Positions 10,492 through 25,680 of a DNA stretch of 64,000 nt are shown here, one piece after another. The translations under genes and the position numbers were made by a program. The notes below the pieces were generated by a model, which did not search any database, had not been told where the DNA came from, and worked only from the letters and a program-made list of their open reading frames with translations. Source of the stretch: Takakia lepidozioides (Eukaryota; Plantae; Bryophyta); NCBI GenBank assembly GCA_030704615.1, contig CM060731.1, positions 57,040,001 through 57,104,000 of the forward strand. Reading direction: 5' to 3'. The stretch's first letter is position 1, and every line of letters begins with the position of its first letter.

Positions 10492-13400
10492 TGTGAAGCC
10501 TACCCCCCCACAAAAAATCCTGAGCTGAGCGAAGGAAAACAAATAATAGGGAAATATCACCCTCCACTGCTGGGTGAAAAACCTACCAAGGGAAAACCTG
10601 GCACCTGCAAGTTGGGCTGAGGACAAAACCCTTGGCTAGGAAAACCGTGCAGGGAGTACAGATGGTGATATGTCATGAAACTAAAATGTTTTAAGTCCTA
10701 GAGAGGTCAAATCCTAGTACCCCAAGAGCCACCATCCGCAAACTAAGACTAAGCCGCTAAGAAGAGAAGAGGATCAAGCTGAAGTAGATCGGCTAAGAAG
10801 ATCAAGACATCACCCCACCGTGCGCCCCTCCACATTGATACATGTAAGATCAAAAACTAGCTCGAAATGCATCAAGTCTATCAAGGAAATAGGTTCATCC
10901 CGCACTTCAGTATTAGAGCCTTGTCGAAGAAAGAGAGCACGTCGCCCACGTAAAATCTGATAGATCAAGTATGGACCGTCGATCTTGAGCTTAGATTTGC
11001 ATGCATACTTGCCATGCTGCAATCGAACGCACACGGTCTGTCCCACCTGAAACAGGTTAGCATACTTGACACGCTTGTTAAAATTATGGGTCTGGGTTAG
11101 CTGAGCCTTACCAATGTTCGTCTTGGCATCATGGATAGGCACCGCATGCAGAGCATGAAGATCCTCAACAAAGGTCTCAAGATCAACCGGATCGGCAACA
11201 GTAGAGATAAGAGGGGTGGAATGCAAAGGAGAAACACACTTGCGACCATACAACAACTCAAAAGTAGTCTTCTTGGTGCTAGCATGCACGGCGGTGCGAT
11301 AAACAAAGAGAATAGGGGGAAGAAAGGTATCCCACTCCGTGGTAAGTGCGTCATTCTTCTCCAACATTCGGCAAAGAGTTTGGTCGAAGCGTTCCGTGAG
11401 GCCATTGGTCTGGGGATGATATGGGGCTGTGGTGGAATGCTTAACACCGAAATTGAAGCAAATCACGGTGAGGATCTGGTTACAAAACTCCTTGCCCTGA
11501 TCTATTAGTATCTCCCGATGACACCCATGCCGCATAAGGATCTCATTGAAGAAGAACTGAGCTACAACATCACTAGCCTTGGAACGCAAAGGCCGGACTT
11601 CTACCCACTTAGTCAAGTAGTCGGTAGCAACACAAAGGTAGCTTCGACCCTTTGATGTGAGTGCGAGGGGTCCTACCAAGTCAATGCCAATATGAGCAAA
11701 AGCATGGGTGACGGGCAAAGGCTGCAGCTCATACAAGATCCGGGCCCTAGGGAAAGCAATGTTAGCACGACAACCTTCACACTTAGAGATGAACTCGGTG
11801 ACGCCTCGGTGAATTCCCAGCCAATAGTATACCTCTTGGATGCGGGCCACAGTTTTCTTAATACCAATGTGACCTGCATACAATGAACAATGGAAACGCT
11901 CCAATAAAGCATTCAGCTGGCTCCGTGGTGGCACCTCCAAGTAGCATGGCACTCCCCCTCTAGTGAGCTCCTTGAAAACCTTATCACCCATGAAACGGTG
12001 AGTAGACACATGATAGAGAATTTGTTTATGCAAGGACTCGGAAAGGCCAGCTGGCAAATGCCTTGATTGGTGCATCGCTGGAGTAGCGTAGCATATAGCT
12101 GATCATCCACGACTGCACTGCACATAAGAGGTAGACAATGGGTTTTAGAGAAGGTGGTCTGGAGTGCCTGCACCTATGATCTCCAGCCAGGGATACCTTC
12201 ACCTCATTTGTTACTACTCATGGACAGCCAAATCAGGCCTTGAGGCTCAAACCAATAGTCACACCGGAGTGCAGCGGCTGAATCACAACAAACTCGGGGG
12301 CCTAGGAAAGAGAAGAGCTGAAACACAACAAGGAACTGCCACCAAACTATCCAAATTCTCGCTAAGCGATAGATCCACCACACATGAATAAATCAACCAG
12401 GATCATCAAGTAGGCTAGACCAGCCCCAAACAGCCAATATGCCATGTGAATCCAAGGTCAAGGGGTACTGATCAATACAAAGAAGGTTGAAAAGAGGGGC
12501 AGGATCAGGAGGAGGGGCTGCATCAGCAGCAGCAAGGTCATCCAAGGTGAGCATAGGCCTGCCGACAGGAGGATCAACCCATGTGAGTGCATCAACATTT
12601 GTGTTTTCTTTGCACTTCTTGTAGACTGTATCCATGTCAAATTCCTGCAGGTACATAGCCCATCTAGCAAGTTTGCCATGAAGTTCCTTTGGCTTAACAA
12701 GGGCCTTAAGTGGAAGATGATCAGTCTCCACCACAAACCGGCTACCATGCAAATATTGCCTGAAATGCTTCACACCAAATATTAAGGCCAAACCCTCCTT
12801 ACCAAATATGGAATAGTTCCTTTCATGACGATCAAGACGGCGAGATGCATAAGCTATTACATGCTCTTTGCCTTCTACAACTTGACATAAGATTGCAGAG
12901 ATGACAACATCTGATGCATCAGTCTGAAGCAAGAAAGGCAATTCAAAGTTGGAAAACATCAGGATGGGAGCTGAACACAAAGCCTTGCGAAGGGTGTCAA
13001 AGGCAGTCTGCTGGGAGAAGGTCCATTCAAACCTGGCATCTTTGCACAACACCTTGGTTAGAGGGTGAGCAAGCTTGGTAAAGTTCTTAATGAAGCGTCT
13101 ATAATAAGAAGCTAGACCCACGAAAGATTTGATACAATGTTTATCCTTGGGAATAAGAAACCCAAATAGACTTAAGCTTAGCAGGATCAGGAAGCAAACC
13201 ATCCTTGGAGAGGATATGACCAAGAAAGTGTAGCTCATGCATGAATAGTTCACACTTCTTTGGCTTCACTTTGAGGCCTGCAGTACGCAATTTGCTGAAC
13301 ACACGCTGCAGGTCAGTCAAATGGGCATCAAAACTGGTTGAATATACATTGATATCATCTACATAAATTAAGGCACATTCCCAGCGACGATTTCCCAAGA

Positions 13401-16400
13401 CAATGTCCATGAGGCGTTGGAAGGTGGAGGTGGCATTGCATAAACCAAAGGGCATAGTCTCATATTGGTATTTGCCCATGCGACACACAAACGAGGTCTT
13501 TTCCTTGGCTGCTTCAGTGAGAGGAACTTGCCAGAAACCAGATGCAAGATCAAAAGAGGAGAAAATTGTAGCACTATGCAATTGATCCAAGGTTTCATTG
13601 ATCATAGGCAGAGGGTAGGCATCATTTTTAGTGATGTCATTCAGTTTCCTGAAGTCAACATAAAAGCAAGTGGTGCCAACTTTCTTTCCAACCAGGACAA
13701 TAGGACTAGCCCCTTTGCCTTGAGAAGAGGGTGGTGCCCAACTTGATTTCAGACAGCACCCCTTGGATGTTGTTGTTGCCTTTGCTGCAATTGCACCACC
13801 ACCTGTTCCTGATCTCAGTCCTGAAGGTAAGAAACCCTATGCCTATGGCCTCTAGTCCAAAGCCAGCTTGCACCTCTTGTATCTCAGCAATGGGTAAGGC
13901 AGTGATGCGAGCCAGGACTTGCCCTTTCTTAATGGTCACAAGGAAGCGCTCAGGATTAGCAATTAGAATCCTGACTTCTTGTCTATATCCCCTATCTATA
14001 GCACCTGTGGCTACTAGGCAATGTTTGAGGGCAGTCAATCTCCTCCAGCCTTCAACTTCCAGGAAGTGGGCAGCTTGACAGAGGAAGACCAAGCCAAATT
14101 TGACCACTTTCTGGGTCATGGCAGGGATGGTTATGTTGAGAGGTGCACGAATCAGGGTAAAATTCCTTGGAACAGCTATGGGCATCCTTGTTTTACCACC
14201 AGTACTAGGAATATGCCATTGATATAAGAGTTGAAGATCAGGCTGAAACTTGTAAAAATCATTCCAATTGAGGGTGGAGTGAGAGTTTTGTTGTACCTCT
14301 TTGACCATGGCTTGGACTTTGGATAGATTGGTTGTAGCAGACCTAGCCTTGAGTTTCACTGCTTTCAAGGGAACCATGATCTCATGTCCCTCACCATTAC
14401 TAAAGCGAAGGGAATAGTTTGTCAGGATGATGGTGGCACCAGCTCCAGTCATCCGGTCAAGGCCTAGCAGGAATTGTTCCCTAATTGTAACTATGTAGGT
14501 CACCACCACCTCTTTCTTGTGAATCCTGATGGGCATAGTAACTAATCCCAAAGGCTCATATCTTGACCCATCAACAATCAAAACCTCAATTCTTGAAGCA
14601 AGGCATAGCTTAAGACCAAGGACTCTTACTACATTCAGAGGGAGAGTTGAGATGCTTATTGCAAAAAATCTAGATGTCTTCAGCTTGGGGTCCACTGATT
14701 TAGCCATCCTTCAACATGACATTGTTACAGAGGACCTCAGTATCAAACAATTTGCTTACCGAGAGAGAGTCAAAGAACGTGCTACAGTCCAAGAGGAAAT
14801 CCGGAAAATGTTTGATGCTGGTGTGATTAAGCCATTGGCGGAAGCTTCGGCCTCCATCAAAGCTCCAGGTTTGGATGGTATGCCCGTGGGTTGGTAGATG
14901 ATTGACCTCTTGCCCCTTCCCAAGAGGTCTCTCTAGTTTAAAGAAGGGGAAGAACCACTAGCAACTTTCCTGTTTTTTATCAGTTCTGGTAAGCCTGCCC
15001 TGTCTCGACAATGCTTAGCCCAGTGCTCAAAAAGATCCACAGATGTAACATGCAGCACGATTACCTTCATATACCTGCCCAGTTTGGGTGCGACCCCTAT
15101 TATTGCCACTTGTTGGCCCTTGTGCCTGACGAGGCTGCCAACGCTGTTGGTGGGCTTGCATTGCAACAAATTGAGTGGCTACAACTCACTAAGACTGCCT
15201 ACCTGTGTTGGCCAACCTACCTCTCTTATACCAGTTCAAGCTGTTTTATCTACTAACTTCAAGGCCTTACATTGTCCTCTCAGCAGAAGGACTGCTGACC
15301 AGCAGATCAGTCCCCTTATGGCTTAGTGCCACATCCATGAGTTAAGTTTTCCCTGCGTGATAGATACAGGATGTACCATATAGGGTGAAGTCATCTGTCT
15401 TACAATGCATAGCAGGAGGAAAATAAGGCACAGATGTTGCAGCCATGCCAAGCTCGGAGCCCATTGGAGCTTGAAACTTGGCATGATGTTGCCTTGATTT
15501 GCTGTCAGCCAAGTCTGCCATCTTAAGGTTAATTTTTGCTAACATGGTTTTGTCATTGATAAAATGACGACGTTGAGCCCAATTTTGAATAGCAAGGGGC
15601 AAGCCAAGGAGAAAATATCTTTTGACCATGCGATCTCTTTCTGTTGGGTCAATGATGTTCTCAACATCAGCAGACTTGATGTCCATGTAAAATTGCCACA
15701 GGGATTCTCCAAGCTGGTAAGTCATGGAAGAGAGCTTAGCAAAGCAGTCTAGAGGTCTTTCAGGAGGCTTGAACAAGGTCTTAGCCCATTCTATAAGGGT
15801 CACCCAATTGAGGCTGGGATCATCCATGACTGCTGCATGCAGCAAGTCCCGAGCTGGCCCCTTCATGCTCATCCTAAAGATGGCCATCTTGAAGTTCTCA
15901 GGCACTCCATTGACGCTAGCAATGACTTCAAATATTTGAGGGTACCTATCAAAGTCTTCCCCCATATTATACTCCGGATAGGGTTGAGTGGTGAGCTGAG
16001 GGATCAGATGAAGACAGACTGTGGTTTACGTGCCCAGGAAGAATAGAAGGATGAGCAACACAACAAGGAACAGTGGCTTGAGTAGGAACAAAAGAGGTAT
16101 TGGCAACATGTATAGAATTAACAGCAGACGCAGTACTTTGATTAACCCCACAAACGGCTGGTCCCATACTAGAGGATGACAGACTTGCATGTGGTGCCCG
16201 CATGCCCATGGGAAGGGCATGTGACACCACATTTGACTGAGCAGCTGGTAGACTGACTGTAGGTGGGGCTGTGGCACACCACTCATGGGAGGAGTAGATT
16301 TCATTCCCACCATTTGAGCTGTTCTAGAGCTTAAATTGCTAGCATGAACAGGGACTGTATTGACAGTGCTAGCACGTATACCCATACCCAGATTAGCTGC

Positions 16401-17009
16401 AGTCCGTGGCAATCCCCCCATCTATTAAACAGGAAGAGTTCCCACACGACTTGCATAACCGACAGACGAAGTGGAGGGCACTGATGCTACTGCCCCCCAA
16501 CCTGTAGCAAGACCGGAGACATTCAACACAGGGACAGCACTCGGATGCAAACTTGAATTCAAAGAGCTAGTCCCTCCCCCGAGAGTGGGATTAGGGAGGC
16601 TAATCACAGGCACATGCATCAGACTCGTTACTGGGGCCGGCATATCGCTCATAGTAGCCCAAACATTCGACCCAGACCCATCTACCCCCTGAACATGAAC
16701 AAGATGGGAGGGCAGACCGTTTAATTCCCGAGCCAGCGTAGGCTCGGTTCGTCCAGCCACCAAGGCTTCATCACTCCGATCATAAACAAAGAGACCCTCA
16801 GGGTTGACTATCCCAAAACCCTCATCTACCAATGCAATACCAGTTGGGGACTCTACAACTGCTCCCATCGTACCAGCATTCAAAAATCCATCATCATTCA
16901 CCATGAAATTACCTGCCTGCAGGTTGTCCGATCCCTCATTCATTTCTACTACACTTTTGGCCAGCGGCTCTTCTGAACTATTCATGGACCTCTGTCTTCC
17001 GGATCTCAA
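10492..17009 (-). mobile_element. Decayed Ty3/gypsy retrotransposon (gag-PR-dUTPase-like-RT-RNase H-INT, 3' LTR 10492-10809)
   Basis: Gag 15342-15965; frameshifted zinc knuckle CYICGSF/EHWAKHC at ~15008-15050; protease C-half (LLGLD); RT (FDLASGFWQ, MPFGL, YVDD) 13141-13700; RNase H (QTDAS, ETDH) 12393-13253; integrase 10810-12075. PPT cggtggggtga abuts an LTR reading TGTCTT...TTCACA. No 5' LTR found. Confidence 0.92.
13895..14165 (-). other. dUTPase-like domain between protease and RT
   Basis: IRAPLNITIPAMTQKVVKFGL...VATGAIDRGYRQEVRILIAN...VTIKKGQVLARI follows the trimeric dUTPase pattern. Motif III (G.ID.xY.xE) is recognisable; motifs I, II and IV are degenerate. Confidence 0.72.
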
Positions 17010-18270
17010 CCAAGTGGTAACTCAATTTTAACTAATTTTGGACTTGAGATGAGTCCAGAAATAAGAATAAGTGAATAAATAAATCATATATGAAACCTAA
17101 AAAATAATTTTTATTCCACTAACAATACTTTCAGTAGGACTGAAAGAGAGAAAGAAAAGGAAAATCGCGTTAGTGCCATTACAAATTAGTCATATATACT
17201 TTGATCAACTTTAGAAATGTTTGCGGATGATGGACAAATGAAAAAACTTTGACTCTAATGCCGATGTTCACGAAGAGAGATAAAGAAAGAATATATACTT
17301 CAACCACATCATGTAGAGCTGAAAGTCCAAAACTGACAAAAAGTCGAAACAAACATTAAAATCAGGAGAGCTTCATTCATAGTTTAGATCATCCAATAGA
17401 AATGACAAATCAAACTTGGACACGGATGAGAATAGATCATTTTTATTTTCAAATGTCATTGAATGCACAATGACATTCACTACATGCGACCTTGACATGT
17501 AAGTCGAACTGTGCAGATACACACTAAAGAACTTGCGATTTCTACAGCAAATTGTCTATATGCCCTGCCACAACCGTAAATAATACTATAATTATTAAGA
17601 ACTAACATCATGTGATGACATATTCTAGACTTGAGAAGCCGTCACGAATGATGATTCCCTTCCTAAGTTCTAGAATCACCTAGCATGCAAGAAACGAAGT
17701 TAGATTGGAAGCATAACCTTTAAGCAACAGGGATATGGAGAGTGGGCCGAGCACTTGGCGTGCTGTCCTCTGGAACCCAAGTGGAACAATATACCACCCT
17801 CAGCACCTTGTGTGACTGCAACTCGTAAACTCCCAACGTTAGCCACTCCCAACCGTCAGCTCCCTTAAGCCAAAAACCAACGTGGGTTGTGTCACCCTCT
17901 CTCCAGGTGCGCGAAAGCACAGCCGAGTTCGAGTAGTCACTCAATCTCTCAAACGCACTTGGACGAACCACTCGCTGTGAAGCAAAGGTAGTACCCACAC
18001 CCAAGACTACTAGATCAGACGACTGCACTATCAACGCCCCACCCGTCAGACCATCAACCAACTGTGAATAAGTAGGTGCCAAGGTGCAGGGCCGGAGCTG
18101 AAACCGTAGTGTCCTCAAGATCAAAGCCCCCGTGCCTTGTAACATTAATGACAACCAACTTCGCCCTACCACACCAGGGCCAGGATGAAGCTCCGCACTT
18201 CCAACACCAGAGAGAGGTAAATACAAACCAACTTCTAACCAGGTCAATTCGTGATGGTGCAGAAAACGCG

Positions 18271-18474
18271 TGTCACGGCCCTTTGTCTTGAGGGCAGGGG
18301 GTCGGGACACAAAAGGGGGCTGCCCCTGTGGTAGGGGCAGTGGCAACAATAGATGCGGGGGCTGAAGCACCCTTGAGTGCCCAAGGCACTCGAGGAGGCG
18401 AAGGCGCTCACTAGGTGGAGCCCCGCATACCGGGTTGCGGTGGGGTGGTTCCACGAGGGGTGGTGGTAGCTTAG
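18271..18474 (+). mobile_element. 5' fragment of LTR family A
   Basis: tgtcacggccctttgtcttgagggcaggggg... matches the first ~200 bp of the LTR at 25979, then diverges. Confidence 0.85.
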
Positions 18475-18629
18475 GTTCACCTCCCCACAAGCACTATCGG
18501 GATCTATATCATTACAACGCACATGCATACATGTCAGACACAAGAAAGATTTATTATTGCGAAGGGGAAGAGGCGGGAGCCTCGGCTCGGCTGCAGACCC
18601 TAAAATCAGGAAGGCCCTCCATTCGAGGC

Positions 18630-19019
18630 TGTAAAGCCCCATATTTGCTTAGCTTAGAAATAGCCCGTTTCATCCAAAACGGCGATACACATCCATAGTA
18701 TACTTTTTTTGGTGTATAAAGCCGTTAAACCGTTACAATGATATCTAGGTTAGGGTTAGCTTGTGGCTCGATCCTGGCCCTTCATCAGATTAGGGCTACA
18801 AGGCGGCGCCGTGGGCTTTGGCTTGTGACGCCTCGCCACGCGGCGGGCCACTAAAGCTAGGGCTTTTGTATAAAGACGGCGCCCTGACACAAGGTCAGGG
18901 CGGTGTACTCGGGTGTTAGTGTATATGTGATTTTGGTGTACAAGCTTTGGATGAGAGCTCCTTTGTCTCATATCCGTGTGTTTGATCCTCCTCTCGCGTG
19001 TTGCTTGCTCTTTCCGCTC
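18630..19019 (+). mobile_element. LTR family B copy, 3' tip missing
   Basis: Reverse complement of 10095-10489. It ends about 12 nt short, where the foldback begins. Confidence 0.85.
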
Positions 19020-19644
19020 TGTCAAGTTATTTTACCACTAGTGTGAAGTTAGCTAGGAAATAGCTAGCTTTTATATATTGACATTTGGGATTGACCCAAG
19101 TGTCAATCCAGGGACCAATATATGTTTGGGCACCTAGCGTTGTTATCTTCACAGCAGATCGCGGTGGGCTCATCTTTCTCGAGTTGAGCCTCACCGCGTC
19201 TAGCTATGGCGCCGTAGTGTGGATTCCCCATGGCGTGGGGTGTACTTGGCTCGACTTAATATATGAGTGATGTTTTCATGTGCAAGTATGTGAGTTTGAG
19301 AAAGCTTGTGTGCTTGTATCTTTCCTTTTCCTTATCACTCGAGAAAGATACAAGCACACAAGTTTCAAACTCACATACTTGCACATGAAAACATCACTCA
19401 TATATTAAGTTGAGCCAAGTGCACCCCACGCCATGGGGAATCCACACTACGGCACCATAGCTAGACGTGGTGAGGCTCAACTCGAGAAAGATGAGCCCAC
19501 CGCGATCTACCGTGAAGATAACAACGTCAGGTGCCCAAACATGTATTGGCCCCTGGATTGACACTTGGATCAATCCCAAATATCAATATATAAAAGCTAG
19601 CTATTTCCTAGCTAACTTCACACTAGTGGTAAAATAACTTGACA
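19020..19644. repeat. Long inverted repeat (foldback) with ~300-bp arms and an 18-nt spacer
   Basis: 19020-19324 is the reverse complement of 19343-19644 (TGTCAAGTTATTTTACC...GGTAAAATAACTTGACA). The mirrored ORFs 19085-19270(+) and 19394-19579(-) are near-identical. Confidence 0.95.
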
Positions 19645-19646
19645 GC

Positions 19647-21896
<2,250 letters not shown>

Positions 21897-21926
21897 TGAA
21901 TTTGGGAGGTTGACCTCAGCGCCGAT

Positions 21927-24900
21927 TGTTAACCGCTGGTTTATGACTTAGACAAAATAGACTATCGACACTACTGCCCATTTCCTAAAACATACAACAG
22001 AGGTTGTCCGACAGTATGCTTTCAGAAACGATTACGAAGTAATCGTTTTAAGGATAGCTAAACCATGAACGTCATATGAAACCATATTCCTGTAGACTGC
22101 TTAATCCTATTGATTAAGTTTAGTCAAAAGGAGTGAGGCCTCTGGGTTCATACAACAGAGGGTAGTCAAGACAAAACAAGAACTATTCTGAGATGATACA
22201 CATTCTCACCATATCACGTTCTCTCATAATGCACATTCTTTCCATCTCACATTCACTCTACACAGAGATACTTCGAATGACATGGCTTTACTTCAGAGCT
22301 CATCACATCATCACAGAAGTACACACTGATCCCTGATACTCATACTACACACCTTCTAAGTTGCGTGCAGTTTTTTTATACTATGCTCAAAAGAGCCGTT
22401 ACAGTCTGCGGTCGTTAATGACCGTTTGCCTAACTGCCTACGCAACCTAAAAGGTTTGCTAAAAAAGTGGCTCGTTGCAGTGTTTGTGAGCCATAGTGGT
22501 AAATGGTCCACTACTCTCTCTATTGGTTAAAGCCGATGCTAACGTGGCCGTGTGATATCGTGGTTCACGGCCACAATTACTACACTACTCACTACTGCTC
22601 TCGTGGTAATGTACCCTTGTCCCGCCATTGGCTAAGTACCGCGTACTTAGCCGTCTCTGCCTGTGGCCCAGGTAGTGTACGTCCATCACTACCTGGTATA
22701 TCCTGTTGTGACCCTCGTTGTCTGTCCCTCGTAGTATAGCCGTTATCATTTATTCCCCCCCCCCCTCTTTTGAAATTGTGTCCGCACAATTTCGTCAAAT
22801 TCTGTTCTTGCTATATCTCTTGGGGATGTAAGGTGGTGGCATGCCTGTTTGTGAGGTAGGAATTGCGTCCCAGGATTGTCGTAGTGGCAGCTTCTTGTTC
22901 CTGTTATCGTCACTGTCTGGTTGCTCCTCTAGTTTGTGAGTAGGCCAGCTTTCTTCATCAGGGTGTTCTGCTATCCCGTCCCCACGTACCATATCAATTT
23001 TGTTGGTCAAGGTTTCGCGGTAGGTTTGCAGCTCCTCCTTGGTCCAGGGTATAATGTGTTTTGTCGCCCTGCTGCCCATTAACCAGTTAACAGCTTGGAC
23101 CCTTGTTTCTCTGAAAGGGTGGTCTCTGTCCAATACCAATGGTGAAAAGTGGTCCTTCGCCTGGCGCCATGCTTCAGCATACAGTGGCCTATTCATATAT
23201 GTTGAAGTGCTTGTGACTCTCTCTGGTGGCTGGAATTTGGGTAATTCCCAGTGAGTATCTTTTTCAATACTCTCATAGCGTTGCCAGCTTCCCCTCATTG
23301 TCACGAACATCCGGTACAAGTAACTGCCAATATAAAAACTTGGGCATCCCATCACAATGGTTACTGCCGGGGTAGGATTAATCTTCAATTGCCCCACTGC
23401 CCACATATAAGCTACCAGCTTCTTGTATTCCAGGGGAGCCTGGCGCCAGAATTCAACCAATTCTGCCCCTGACCATGTCTCATCCTTAGCCAGTGGCCTC
23501 ATCCTATATCTCAGAGGAATAAGAGTTTGATTGAGCAGATGCAATTGACCCAATGATCTGCAGGGGGTTAAGGTTTTGAAAACCTTCTCCAGTATTTTTG
23601 GGATTTGGTAGGCTGGTACTACCATCATTTTAAAGTATTCCTCTGAATACTTTAACCACTCCCCATCCTACTTGCATGGCATGATTTGGAAATCATCCAC
23701 TGCTACTGAAGTTGATGCTACCAGGACACTTGGTAGTGTTACAGGGTTTACCTCTTGAGTAGATGGCCCTGCTGTGGCCTGTACCAGTGTCTGTTGACTT
23801 GGTGGTGGTTGTGTTGTTGGTGGTGTTTGTGTTGGTGTTGTTGTTGTTGATTGTATTGGTGTCTCTCGTTTGTGATCTTGCTCCTCTTGATCCTCTTCGT
23901 CCATGAGCTCCTCTTGTTCTGGAATTGGTGGCAGAAACTCCTCATGAATGTCTGTCACCAATTTCGCCAACTGACATTTCATCTGCCTCACCATTGCCCT
24001 GTTGAGTTTCTTCATCTCCAATTCACTCCCTTCATTCAACCAGGCTCTGGCTAAGGCTGCGTCTGCTGCATCCAACCCTGCTTGCAATGTCAGCTTCTTT
24101 AGCTGCTGCTTCCATTCTTGTTCATTGCCCATAGCAATGTCTCTTTCTGTGGTGGCGGTAAACAGCCTACTCTCAGCATTCTCCCTTTCCTTCAGCAGTG
24201 TAGTGTTGCTGTTGAGCCACTTAGTTCCCTGATCTCTGGCAGTCCTCAACTGCCCCTTGAGTGTTTCCACCTGCTGTTTTAACATTTGCACCTGTGATGT
24301 GAGTGTTTCCACCTTTGTCTCTGTTTTCTGAGATCTCTCTCGCTCTGCATCGAGGTCAGTTTGGACATGGTGTATTTCGTCTCTCTATCTTTCCCACTTC
24401 TGCTCCCACTCATCTCTGCGTTGTGCCAAAGTGTTGTATTGGCGAAGTAGGGTTGACTTTTGATCTTCTAATGTTGCAATTGTAACCTCATGGTTACATA
24501 CTATTCTTGCAGTGGCCAATTCTCTCTGGTGCTTCTCTTTGATGTGGTCTAAGATCATGCTCATGTTTTCCGGGCTAATGTAATCCTTAGCCTTGTCCAT
24601 ACAAGCTGTTAGTTGACCCAATGCTTGTATTGCCTGCAGAATGACATTCTGTGGCGTCTCATCCAACCCTGTGTCCCATGCTGTTGTATCCAGAACTTGT
24701 TGTGCTAGTAGTAATTCCAAATTGGAATTTCTGTCTTGCTGTTGCTGATTTGGTGCCTCTTGCACCATCTGCTGTTGCTGCTGGCTGGGTGCCTCTTGCA
24801 CTATCTGCTGTTGTTGTGCCACTATGTCTCCCTCCTGTGTTCTTGGTTGTGTGACCTCTGTGTATGTTGCTTGCTGGGTTTCGGTGTTGTCATGGCTAAT

Positions 24901-25329
24901 TTCCATGGGTGTTGCTTCGTTGGTCTGTGGTTGGTTTCCTCCTTCTGGTTGTTGATTCTCCCCTTCTCTCTGCACTGGGGAATCAGCCGTCGAGTTGATG
25001 ATGTCCTCTGCTGCTGTACTTGTGGTTGCTTCATTGATCCGGGCTCTCTTTGCAAGTCCGTCCTCTTCTTCTTCCTGTAGTGCTGATGTCTCACTCCCTT
25101 CTTCCTCTATTGTATCTACCCGTTGCATAATCCCCAACGTCGCTTGCTCTTCGGGCGTTAGGTGTACATTATGTCGAATCATTTGGAGCAACAAGAGAGT
25201 CGCCATAGTAACAGTTGCTTCCTTCTTCTTCTTTGTCAACCGGGTCAGTTCTTGGGTTAACTTCTTCAATAAGAAGCTTGCCCAATTCACGATTTGCCCA
25301 TTGAGGCAAATCAACACTTGATCGATTAA
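21927..25329 (-). mobile_element. 3' part of an LTR retrotransposon: LTR (~21927-22748), PPT and a long extra ORF
   Basis: On the minus strand a G-rich PPT (22749-22770) precedes TGATAAC...; the putative LTR end is GGTTAACA at 21927. ORFs 24385-25329, 23668-24312 and 22795-23628 read as one broken gene ending 47 bp before the LTR. Confidence 0.7.
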
Positions 25330-25680
25330 AACTAGAAGAGAAACCGGCTTTTTCCACGGCTTTTTCCACACTTTTTGCTGTGGAATCAGCCGCAGTCCAC
25401 ACCTACCGTGGGTGTAAGGAACGACTAGTGTTTTCGGACACCCCGTGGACGGCCTGACTCTCGGGTGGCCCTGTGGAAAAGTCCACGGGAGGCTTTTTCC
25501 ATGGGTGGGCTTTTTTCACGGGGTGACATGGCCGCAGACATGGGCGATGACATAGCTGACATGGCAGAGTGTGAAAAAGGCCAGTGTGGCATGTTTCACG
25601 GTGGATTTCACACCTTGAACAAGCCACTATGCGACACGTGTCATATTTCACACCTTCGACATCACTATGCAACACGTGTT
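25330..25680. mobile_element. CACTA/EnSpm-like terminus with subterminal repeats
   Basis: aACTAGAAGAGAAAC (first base differs from CACTA) is followed by about ten TTTTCCACGG/CCGTGGA-type motifs in both orientations, then an AT-rich tract. It truncates the neighbouring retroelement ORF. Confidence 0.62.

Noticed and set aside
10083-19019. Inverted 400-bp repeats as TIRs of one 9-kb DNA or DIRS element
   Set aside because: The repeat has TG..CA LTR-type ends, the enclosed gypsy has its own LTR and PPT, and no tyrosine recombinase or transposase is present. Independent insertions are simpler.
25330-25360. Helitron 3' end (CTAG on the minus strand)
   Set aside because: No clear subterminal GC hairpin. 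The many bidirectional short repeats fit a CACTA end better, though a Helitron is not excluded.
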